From: an uncultured Fibrobacterota bacterium
GTDB lineage: Bacteria; Fibrobacterota; Chitinivibrionia; Chitinivibrionales; FEN-1185
NCBI GenBank assembly: GCA_963729895.1
Contig: CAVSQB010000018.1
Coordinates: 1 to 64,000 of the forward strand
DNA: 64,000 bases
Direction of reading: 5' to 3'
The notes beneath the pieces were generated by a model, which searched no databases, was not told the origin of the DNA, and was given only the letters and a program-made list of their open reading frames with translations. Shown here in pieces: positions 49,251 through 58,015 of the stretch. The position numbers and the translations under genes were made by a program. Within the stretch, counting starts at the first letter, position 1, and each line of letters starts with the position of its first letter.

Positions 49251-50795
49251 ATGGTGAGTTCAGGATATCTTCTCGGGTACGATATCGGCAGTTCGTCGAT
49301 AAAAGCCTGTCTCATGGATATCCAAAGCCAGCAGGTTGTCGCCTCGGCCGTGTCTCCGCAGACCGAGCTTGAGATCATCTGCCCAAAACCGGGCTGGGCC
49401 GAACAGGACCCCGAAGTCTGGTGGGACCACGTGAAGGCGGCCACCGCCCTGTTGCGGACCGCTTCGCCCACCGGCCTGCACGATGTCCGCGCGATCGGGA
49501 TTTCGTACCAGATGCACGGGCTTGTCATGGTGGACAAAAACCACAAGCCCCTTTCCAACGCGATTATTTGGTGTGACGGCAGGGCGGTTGACATAGGCAA
49601 TACTGCGTTTGCGGAAATCGGCGAACAAAAATGCATGGAGTACCTGCTCAATTCGCCCGGCAATTTTACGGCCTCAAAACTCGCATGGGTAAAGAAGCAT
49701 GAACCCGCACTCTACCGAAGGATCGACACAATTATGCTTCCCGGAGATTACATCGCCATGAAATTGACGGGAGAGGCTGCGACAACCGAATGCGGCCTTT
49801 CCGAATGCATCATGTGGGATTTTTACCATCACCGGCTCGCCGACATCGTTCTCGACTATTTCGATTTCAGCTACGAATTCATACCGCACATCGTGCCCGG
49901 TTTTTCGGTACAGGGGACCGTAAAACGGGAGATCGCGCAGGAACTCGGGCTGCAAAGCGGTATTCCCGTTTCCTACCGGGCGGGAGACCAGCCGAATAAC
50001 GCCCTGTCCCTTAAGGTGCTCAACCCGGGAGAGATTGCCGCGACCGCCGGGACATCGGGCGTTGTGTACGGCGTTACCGGTGCACCCGCCCGCGATCCGG
50101 CGTTCCGGGTCAACACGTTTGCTCATGTCAATCACACCGCACAGGCGCCGAGGTACGGGGTTCTCTTGTGCGTCAACGGAGCCGGCATCCTTAACAGGTG
50201 GGTGAGGCAGAACCTGTGCACGGTCGGGACCGCCGCAATGACCTACGAGCAGATGAACGCCGAAGCGCAGAAAGCTCCGCCGGGCAGCGACGGCCTCATG
50301 GTTGTTCCCTGCGGAAACGGTGCCGAGCGTATTCTGGAAAACAGGAACATCGGCGCATCGTTCCACGGGATCGATTTGACCCTGCATTCCCGCAGGCACG
50401 TTCTGCGCGCCGTTCAGGAGGGCATCGTATTTGCGCTGCGGTACGGGCTTGACGTTATGCGCAAAACCGGGGTGAATGCCGCGACGGTGCGGGCCGGACA
50501 TGCCAACATGTTCAAGAGCGATCTCTTTGCCGAGGTTTTTGCGGCGGTGTGCGACACGGAACTCGAGCTGTATAACACCGACGGCGCGCAGGGAGCCGCC
50601 CGCGGCGCCGGAATCGGTTCCGGAATGTACAAGTCGGCGCAGGAAGCATTTGAGGGCCTCAAAGTGGTCCGCAGGGTGTCGCCGGACCCGAACTTGACGG
50701 ATGTGTATGCCGGCTGCTACGAACAATGGAAAGACCTGCTGCAGGACTCCTGGTCGTATGCCCGTTCCGATGAGACGATTAAACAGGTTGGCTGA
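49251..50795 (+). CDS. xylB: Xylulokinase (FGGY family)
   Basis: LGYDIGSSSIKA, GISYQMHG, IWCDGR, AGDQPNNA and TAGTSG; operon context. Confidence 0.88.
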   Translation: MVSSGYLLGYDIGSSSIKACLMDIQSQQVVASAVSPQTELEIICPKPGWAEQDPEVWWDHVKAATALLRTASPTGLHDVRAIGISYQMHGLVMVDKNHKPLSNAIIWCDGRAVDIGNTAFAEIGEQKCMEYLLNSPGNFTASKLAWVKKHEPALYRRIDTIMLPGDYIAMKLTGEAATTECGLSECIMWDFYHHRLADIVLDYFDFSYEFIPHIVPGFSVQGTVKREIAQELGLQSGIPVSYRAGDQPNNALSLKVLNPGEIAATAGTSGVVYGVTGAPARDPAFRVNTFAHVNHTAQAPRYGVLLCVNGAGILNRWVRQNLCTVGTAAMTYEQMNAEAQKAPPGSDGLMVVPCGNGAERILENRNIGASFHGIDLTLHSRRHVLRAVQEGIVFALRYGLDVMRKTGVNAATVRAGHANMFKSDLFAEVFAAVCDTELELYNTDGAQGAARGAGIGSGMYKSAQEAFEGLKVVRRVSPDPNLTDVYAGCYEQWKDLLQDSWSYARSDETIKQVG

Positions 50796-50837
50796 CTATT
50801 CCACTGTGTTCCCCATCCTAGACAAGGACCATGCACC

Positions 50838-51974
50838 ATGGCAGAAAAGAAAGCGTTTCACAGCGTATGCAGATGGACGTTCCATGCGGGGAAAGGCGGG
50901 TTTGTTCCCGCCGATATCCGGAAACAATGGAGTTCGGACAAGCTCGACACCGTAAGCCTCATCAGCCTCATCAAAAAAGAGATTGCGCCGAGGGTCCCCA
51001 AGCACGTCGTTCTCGGCTATGAAGTGCATTACGACACCGAAATCAACGAGTCAAATGCCCGGCAGGTCGCCGAGGCCCTGCACGAGTCCGGGCTGTATCT
51101 TGCCATGATGACTCCCGGCGCACACAGCCATTTTGCCTACGGCGGCATAGCCTCACTTGACCAAAAGGAAAGGGCGGCCGCGGAAAAGCTCGGAAAAGGC
51201 GCGGTTGATCTTACGTACGGTCCGCTTAGGTCCGCCTGGCATCCCGACGCCGGTCTTGCGCCTGCCTTTGTTCTCTGGAACGGATCGTACGGCTACGATA
51301 TCGCAACCGTGGGCATCCAAAAAATGTACCAGAACCTCAAGGAAAGCGTTGCCGCATTATGTACCTACGAAACAAAACTCGGCGGCAACCTGTACATCGC
51401 GATCGAACCCAAGCCGAACGAGGGCCATCCGGCGCTGCTGCTGCCGACCGTCGCAAGCGCTCTTTTGTTCTGGTACAAACTCGAAGCGGAGTTCGGCATC
51501 AAGCGCAACAAGAAAGGGATCAACAAGGAATTCGGACATTCGGAAATGATCGGCCTTGACCATGTGTACGATTCCGTTGAGGAGCTTGACAACAACGCGC
51601 TGCTGCACATGCACATGAACAGCCAGGGGTACAACGACGGCATCATCCTCGGCGGTCCGGGGAAGTTCGACATCGACCACGGCGTCCGCATCAACGGCAT
51701 GAACATTGCCATTGCCGGCCTTCTGCAGGCAGCCGGCTACGGCCGCTGGAAGGGGCACGACATGACGGTGCGGCCCTACGACAACGAAGAGCAGGGCATC
51801 GACCGTGTCGTACGGAGCATTTGTTCGTGGGAAGCGTGCGACAGGGCGGCGGCCGGGCTTGATACCAAACAGTTGATGAAATATCTTTCCCGGAGGGAAA
51901 CAGCGAAAGCCGAAGATATGATGCGGGAATCGGTCGTTGAAGCGTGCGGTTACTTCAGGGAAATGTACCGCTGA
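50838..51974 (+). CDS. Divergent xylose isomerase-like protein
   Basis: IAIEPKPNE, NKEFGHSE, KFDIDH and GHD motifs; lies between xylB and xylE. Confidence 0.75.
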   Translation: MAEKKAFHSVCRWTFHAGKGGFVPADIRKQWSSDKLDTVSLISLIKKEIAPRVPKHVVLGYEVHYDTEINESNARQVAEALHESGLYLAMMTPGAHSHFAYGGIASLDQKERAAAEKLGKGAVDLTYGPLRSAWHPDAGLAPAFVLWNGSYGYDIATVGIQKMYQNLKESVAALCTYETKLGGNLYIAIEPKPNEGHPALLLPTVASALLFWYKLEAEFGIKRNKKGINKEFGHSEMIGLDHVYDSVEELDNNALLHMHMNSQGYNDGIILGGPGKFDIDHGVRINGMNIAIAGLLQAAGYGRWKGHDMTVRPYDNEEQGIDRVVRSICSWEACDRAAAGLDTKQLMKYLSRRETAKAEDMMRESVVEACGYFREMYR

Positions 51975-52003
51975 GCGCGGAACGTGTGACACAAGGAGAA
52001 TGC

Positions 52004-53386
52004 ATGATAAGCGACACCGGAAGCAAAGCGTACGTGATACTGCTTACGCTTGTCGCCACCCTCGGCGGCCTCTTGTTCGGGTACGATACGGCTGTCATAT
52101 CCGGCGCCGTGGGTTCGCTCAAGGCATACTTCATCGATTCGAGGAACCTGGGCGTTGACGCGGGCAACAGCCTTCTCGGATGGACAACATCGAGCGCCTT
52201 GCTCGGATGCATTATCGGCGGCGCCATGGCCGGGCTGGCAAGTCACCGGCTTGGAAGGAGGAAGGCGATGCTCGTCTCCGCGCTCCTCTTTCTTGTCTCC
52301 GCCCTGGGGACGGCGCTCCCGAACCGGTTGATCGGATTTGTCCTGTTTCGCATCCTGGGAGGCGTCGGCGTGGGCATGGCTTCGATGCTCTCCCCGATGT
52401 ACATTGCCGAAATCGCCCCCGCTTCAATACGCGGAAAGCTCGTTTCGTGGAACCAGTTCGCCATCATCTTCGGCATGCTGGTTGTATATTTTGTCAACTA
52501 CGCAATCGCGCTCCAGGGCAGCGAAACGTGGCTCAACGCCGTCGGGTGGCGCTGGATGTTCGCCTCCGGCGCCGTGCCGTCCCTGCTGTTCTTTGTGTGC
52601 CTGTTTTTTATTCCCGAGAGCCCCCGCTGGCTCATGATGAAGGGCCGTGACGACAAAGCCGTGGCTGTGCTGTCAAGGGTCGGCGGTACAAACCACGCAA
52701 GGGTTGAAGCGGAGGAAATCAGAAAATCGCTGCAGCAGAAAAGAGGGAAGATTTTCTCATACGGGGCCCTGCTGGTGTTGATCGGCGTCATGCTTTCCGT
52801 TTTTCAACAGGTGACCGGCATCAACGTTATCCTGTACTATGCGCCCGCGATATTCAAGAAGATGGGCAGCAGCACAAACGTTTCGCTTTTGCAAACCATT
52901 ATCGTGGGCGCGGTCAACCTTGCCTTTACGGTCATTGCCATCCTCACCGTGGACAAATTCGGCCGCAAGGCGCTCATGCTGATCGGGTACAGCGGCATGT
53001 GCATCGGTATTTGCGGCGTGGGCGTCACGGCGTATCTGCAGCAGGCCGGGCTCGGAATGCTTTTCATGATGCTCTTGTACATTGCCTGTTTTGCCCTTGC
53101 CGCCGGCCCCGTGACATGGGTCCTGCTGTCGGAAATCTTTCCCAATACCATTCGTGACAGCGCCATGTCCATCGCCGTTGCGGCTCAATGGATATCCAAT
53201 CTTGCCGTATCCTGGACGTTCCCCGTCCTTCTTGGCAACGTTTTTCTCAATGCCAAATTCCACGGCGGCTTTCCGTTCTGGCTCTACGGCGGCATGTGCG
53301 TTTTCACCGTGCTTTTTGTTTGGAAACTTGTGCCGGAGACAAAGGGGAAGACGCTCGAATCGATGGAAGCGCTGTGGAGGAAATGA
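52004..53386 (+). CDS. xylE: D-xylose:proton symporter (sugar porter MFS)
   Basis: GGLLFGYDTAVISG, PMYIAEIAP, PESPRWL, QQVTGIN and PETKGKTLE motifs. Confidence 0.85.
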   Translation: MISDTGSKAYVILLTLVATLGGLLFGYDTAVISGAVGSLKAYFIDSRNLGVDAGNSLLGWTTSSALLGCIIGGAMAGLASHRLGRRKAMLVSALLFLVSALGTALPNRLIGFVLFRILGGVGVGMASMLSPMYIAEIAPASIRGKLVSWNQFAIIFGMLVVYFVNYAIALQGSETWLNAVGWRWMFASGAVPSLLFFVCLFFIPESPRWLMMKGRDDKAVAVLSRVGGTNHARVEAEEIRKSLQQKRGKIFSYGALLVLIGVMLSVFQQVTGINVILYYAPAIFKKMGSSTNVSLLQTIIVGAVNLAFTVIAILTVDKFGRKALMLIGYSGMCIGICGVGVTAYLQQAGLGMLFMMLLYIACFALAAGPVTWVLLSEIFPNTIRDSAMSIAVAAQWISNLAVSWTFPVLLGNVFLNAKFHGGFPFWLYGGMCVFTVLFVWKLVPETKGKTLESMEALWRK

Positions 53387-53426
53387 CCGGTAGGCGGGAA
53401 TGGGAAGCCGCAGGCATCCCGTTTAT

Positions 53427-53599
53427 TAATCCGGTCATTATAGTGGTGACAATTTTACTCTTCAAAAATGCTTGCCGAGTGCCGCTCGCCTCGATACGGT
53501 CCAAAGGGCCACTCGGCGAGCGGTGTATCGAGGCAAGCAACCAAGGAAAATGAGGCAACCAAAAACCACGGATAGGTAACCTATTTAATGACCGGATTA
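53427..53599. mobile_element. MITE-like element with 14-bp terminal inverted repeats
   Basis: TAATCCGGTCATTA ... TAATGACCGGATTA. Confidence 0.55.
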
Positions 53600-53690
53600 T
53601 TACTCCGGCAACTAAATATGATCAAACAAGACTTGTTCCACAGAGGGAAAATCACATGATTCTTATCTGTATTTTATTGCCGGAGTAATA
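53598..53690. mobile_element. Second MITE-like element with 14-bp terminal inverted repeats
   Basis: TATTACTCCGGCAA ... TTGCCGGAGTAATA. Confidence 0.55.
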
Positions 53691-53743
53691 ATAATTACGC
53701 GGGTTGCTCCAAGCCTGACGGAGCGGGTGTCTGTCACGTGATG

Positions 53744-55330
53744 TCACTTGTCAAAGTGCTTCCGCGCGGTGGATCGCCGCTCGACAATGGTTCCCTCGGC
53801 TTCGATGACTGCTTTTCGCCGCGGTGATGAAACCGAAGACGGCCGTAGCGCGTATCGCAGCATGATGCTTACGATCCCGTTCAGGTTGAAATCATACGAC
53901 GTGATCTGGTGTTCCATTGCGTCAAGCGTATTGTCAAAAGATATGATTGAAAGATCTTCCGGCACGCGGACTTTGTTTTCCTTCAGGAAGTCCAGGGCGA
54001 GCGTCGCCGTGTAATCGTTCGACGTTACCCAGGCCGTAATCGCCTTGGTGCCGAGCGCCTGCCTGAACAGCGGAACCATTCGGTAGTAGATTTCACCGGT
54101 TGCGCAATTCCATTCGGTGAGGTACTTTGAGATATTGTAACTGATGTGCCCGAATTTTCTGAAGAATTCGGAATCGGCATATTTCTGCCATTTGTCGTAG
54201 GCTGCCGCCAGGGCCTGGATGTCCTCGGGTTTTTCATGATCTTCCTGCAGAAAATCCCACTGGAACGCATATTGGTCGAGCACGAAAGAATGCACGTTGT
54301 TGCCATGCCCCGCATCACTGAAAATCTCCCTGATTCCATTGCTGCGCTGTATCGACCAGAGCGCTTTGTGGAAGGGGGAGACGAAGGCGATGTTCGTGTG
54401 TCCGAGGCTCAGAAGGTACTGAGCCACCCGCCGCGGGGGATGGGCAGATGTCGTAACCGTAAAGAACTGAAACCGCGCGTTGTTCGAAATCTGGGGCGAG
54501 GCTTCCCACCCGCCTACGACGTCCAGGATCGCAACCGGCCTTCTACGGCTCACGAGTTTCTGAAACACTTCTTCCGGTGGAATTTCCAGGTTCGCGACGA
54601 CAACGACGAAGCTCAGGATGTTCTCGTTTGAAAGATCGTACGGCTTGCGGGTCACGGTGTCGACAAAACAGAGTTTGCCGTTCCGGCGGCAATACACGAC
54701 GATGTCAAGAGCGATCTTCGCCTGTATGCATCCTGATTCGAGGATGCGGAAGTAGTTTTTGTCCTGATAATCAACCCAGAGCGTTCCGTCTTCCCATCCG
54801 CACCCGATCGCCACGATCCTGGCCGTTGCCGCCGATTTGACAAGCACCGGTACGCTGTATCCGCGCCGATATGCCTTGAGCATCCCCTGGGAAGAGAGTT
54901 GATCCAGCGCTTTCCGGAGCGTGGGGTAGGAAACGTTGTAGATTCCCTGCAGTTCCTTGCAGGAAGGCAACAGTTGTCCGGGATGAAATCTTCCGGTAAG
55001 TATGTCCTGTTTGAACTGCGAAAGCATTTTTTGCCACAAGAGCCGGGTTTGTTCCATATCCCGATAGTTGTCCGGCGGGACGGTTTCCGCCAAAGCCTCT
55101 TTCATCGATTTGGGGAGCCGTGCACTCACCGTTGATCCGATCCCTTGTCTGGATCGGGAAATGATCCCCTGCGACCTGAGAAGGTCGATTGCCTTCCACA
55201 TTGTCACAAAAGAGACATCCGCCGCCCTCGCAAGGGATTTTATGGAAGGGAGTTTCCGGCCCAGTTTTCCGGAGACTATTCCGCGCCGGACAAAATCGAT
55301 GGCCTTCTGCATCCCGGGTCTCTTTTTCAT
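53744..55330 (-). CDS. Transcription regulator with two GntR wHTH domains and a LacI-type sensor domain
   Basis: LPSIKSLARAADVSFVTMWKA and LPSCKELQGIYNVSYPTLRKA; LLSLGHTNIAF; VPEDLSIISFDN. Confidence 0.85.
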   Translation of the reverse strand: MKKRPGMQKAIDFVRRGIVSGKLGRKLPSIKSLARAADVSFVTMWKAIDLLRSQGIISRSRQGIGSTVSARLPKSMKEALAETVPPDNYRDMEQTRLLWQKMLSQFKQDILTGRFHPGQLLPSCKELQGIYNVSYPTLRKALDQLSSQGMLKAYRRGYSVPVLVKSAATARIVAIGCGWEDGTLWVDYQDKNYFRILESGCIQAKIALDIVVYCRRNGKLCFVDTVTRKPYDLSNENILSFVVVVANLEIPPEEVFQKLVSRRRPVAILDVVGGWEASPQISNNARFQFFTVTTSAHPPRRVAQYLLSLGHTNIAFVSPFHKALWSIQRSNGIREIFSDAGHGNNVHSFVLDQYAFQWDFLQEDHEKPEDIQALAAAYDKWQKYADSEFFRKFGHISYNISKYLTEWNCATGEIYYRMVPLFRQALGTKAITAWVTSNDYTATLALDFLKENKVRVPEDLSIISFDNTLDAMEHQITSYDFNLNGIVSIMLRYALRPSSVSSPRRKAVIEAEGTIVERRSTARKHFDK

Positions 55331-55507
55331 GGTACAAGAGTCCTTTGCAAAAATTGAGGTACCGCCGGTTGAACAACGCTCTCCGGCATGTTAATAAATA
55401 TATAAATTGTATAAACCAAGTAAATAGGTTACTGATGTTCTTTGCGTTCCCACGTCTTAAATTGTTTACATGTCGCCCTCCGGATAACAAGGTAAAGGGG
55501 AAACGGT

Positions 55508-57898
55508 ATGTTCAGCCTCATGGTCAAGTCGCCATTATTTCTTCTTTTCGTGACTGCGGCGATTTTCGCGGCTCCCGCGCGCTTTCGCCTGCTCGCTCCG
55601 GACAGCGTCTGGACAAAAGCGCACACGCCGGTCTTTGTCTGGCAGGCGAGCGCCGGCGCCGGCCAGTATGACGTCTGGGTGGATACCACTAAAATCGCCG
55701 CGGGCGCCACCCAGACTTACCTGACCTCACCCCAACAACTGACCGTCGGACGCCACACTTGGTTTGTTAAGGCAACCGGTGGCGGCGCCACCGTAAACAG
55801 TGCGGACACAGGCGTTTTCAACATCGGAACTCCTCCGGTGCATATGTGGGACTATACCGACGGGTTTGAGCGGGGCGACCTCAACGATTATGTGTCCAAC
55901 GGCATCGGCATCACGACCAACGCGCTCGACGGATCGCATTCCGCCGGCTACACGAGCCCGTCGGACACCATGGTCATGCATTACGCGTACAACCCTGCAT
56001 TTACCAACACGCAGGAGGCAGAGGCTTCTGTGCTGTTCAGCCTGGACGACGGGAACGCGGACGTGGGCGTTGGTTTTGCCGATGAGAACGGCGTCTGGTG
56101 CTATGCCATGATTGACCGGGTGGACAAGAGTATTAACATTGAACGACGCGCAACCTATTCGATTTACCCTCATACCGAGACCGGTTTCACAAAGACAAAC
56201 TGGACGGAGCGGCAGGAAAACGGGTTTTACATCTGGTGTTCCGACACCCAGCCGCTCCCGGCGTTGACGCAAGGAACCAGGTACATTTTGAAATTCCAAT
56301 TGTCAAACCGCCTGCCGTCTTTGGGAAAGACGGCGCAGGCGATTGTGGAAACCGCGGACAGCACGGTGGTGTGCTCTGTGCGGAGTTTTCTTGACGACGT
56401 GTACGCGCCCCATCCGATGTTCATCATTAAGAACGGCAATGCGCGTGTCGACGATTTCAGGTATCAGCTTCTTGACCGATGGTCGTACAACTGGAAGCCC
56501 CACATCGGATGTCTCAATCCGACCTGGGCCGGATATAATCCGGCAGTCTGGCGTGATGCCAGCAATAAGTGGTGGTTGACGGCAAGGACGGACAACAAGA
56601 TCCGGTGGAGTTCGGACGGTATCAATTGGTCGGAGTCGACCGCGAGCGCGCCGCCGGTGAGCATCATGGATCCGGCGATCTTCGGGATGCGCGGCGATCC
56701 CTGGAACGACGGCCGGACCTATCTTGCGTCGTGCAACGGCTGTTGCTTCGACTCCGTGCGAATCTTTTATTCCACCGACCTATCAAGCGGCAACTGGACC
56801 TGGTGGGGCCAGCACCCGGGATTGACCTTGTGCGGACGCGAGCACGTTTTTCTCGACACCAAAGACTGGCCGACTCTCGACTCCATCCATTACAACGGAA
56901 GCGCATACCGGTTCGTCAACATCCTCGAAGGCGACATCGGGCATGGCGGCAGCACCATGATGAAATTGACTAATGATCAAATCAATTTTACCGAAATCGA
57001 GTGCGCCGATCTGTATGGAAATGCGACGAACAAGCCCCTGTTGCAGAAAAACCTCTGGATGATGGAATGCCTCAATGTGGTGTCGAGCTGCGGCATGGCG
57101 CTCGACGGCAACATCCGGGTCATGACCTTCAAGGACGGCGACGGCAACTACGAAAAGGCGATTCCTCAGGAGGTCATTCTTGACGGCAAACAACCCTGGG
57201 TGGCAAAGGCGATGCAGACGATCCCGGGGTTTCCGTATTACTGGGGCAACAGGCATGTTGCGCGGGACAAAACCGGCGCATCGTGGTACGGCGGCTTTTG
57301 CCAGTGGCCTTCTTGCTTTGTGTGGGTCCCTGAGGAGAAAACAGCCTATTGTTATTGGGGTGAGGAAAATACCATCAATGTGTCCACCGCCCGCATCATT
57401 CCGGAATTCCGCTGCGCGTCCCTCTCTACAGATACCTCCACCGTCGATCCGGGCAATCAGGTGCGCGTAACGGCAAACCTCTGGAATTTCGGAGATGCCG
57501 ACGGGGACGACACAATAAATGTGGAAAGCGACGGCGTTGCTATCAACACCACGGTGATCCATCTGGCGGCCAACACCGACTCGATCATTACGTTCACGCT
57601 TTCGGCCCTTTCCGCCGGTGCGCATGTCGTAAGCATTGATTCGTGTAAGGCCGGTCTTTTCGTGACTGGTTCGTCAGCGGTGGCTAAACCGTTTGAAGTC
57701 GTGCGTCCTGCGCCCGGGGCGCAAAACCGTTTCATAGTCCGCTTGTTTGATTTGCAGGGGAAAAACATTCGGACCGCGGAATCCGACCGGAGCGATCCGA
57801 ACAATCCATTGCTCACACAAGGGTGCGCGCGGGGTTTGTATCTTGTGGAAGTGTATGACGGCTTCAAATTGACAAGATCGAAAATAATCCTTAAGTAA
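55508..57898 (+). CDS. Secreted multidomain protein (possible propeller glycosidase, CARDB-like domain, CTD)
   Basis: Signal peptide; YNP/MDP blade-like motifs, SSDGINW; VRVTANLWNFG; tail LFDLQGK...GLYLV. Confidence 0.65.
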   Translation: MFSLMVKSPLFLLFVTAAIFAAPARFRLLAPDSVWTKAHTPVFVWQASAGAGQYDVWVDTTKIAAGATQTYLTSPQQLTVGRHTWFVKATGGGATVNSADTGVFNIGTPPVHMWDYTDGFERGDLNDYVSNGIGITTNALDGSHSAGYTSPSDTMVMHYAYNPAFTNTQEAEASVLFSLDDGNADVGVGFADENGVWCYAMIDRVDKSINIERRATYSIYPHTETGFTKTNWTERQENGFYIWCSDTQPLPALTQGTRYILKFQLSNRLPSLGKTAQAIVETADSTVVCSVRSFLDDVYAPHPMFIIKNGNARVDDFRYQLLDRWSYNWKPHIGCLNPTWAGYNPAVWRDASNKWWLTARTDNKIRWSSDGINWSESTASAPPVSIMDPAIFGMRGDPWNDGRTYLASCNGCCFDSVRIFYSTDLSSGNWTWWGQHPGLTLCGREHVFLDTKDWPTLDSIHYNGSAYRFVNILEGDIGHGGSTMMKLTNDQINFTEIECADLYGNATNKPLLQKNLWMMECLNVVSSCGMALDGNIRVMTFKDGDGNYEKAIPQEVILDGKQPWVAKAMQTIPGFPYYWGNRHVARDKTGASWYGGFCQWPSCFVWVPEEKTAYCYWGEENTINVSTARIIPEFRCASLSTDTSTVDPGNQVRVTANLWNFGDADGDDTINVESDGVAINTTVIHLAANTDSIITFTLSALSAGAHVVSIDSCKAGLFVTGSSAVAKPFEVVRPAPGAQNRFIVRLFDLQGKNIRTAESDRSDPNNPLLTQGCARGLYLVEVYDGFKLTRSKIILK

Positions 57899-58015
57899 TC
57901 CTGTGAAAATAATTTGTGTTGAGAATAGTCAAAACGGCTGTGCCGGCTTGGAAATATTTAAAAGATTCCGGATCTATTTAGTCGCTGATACTATGAAAAA
58001 ATGCTTGGGGGTTTT

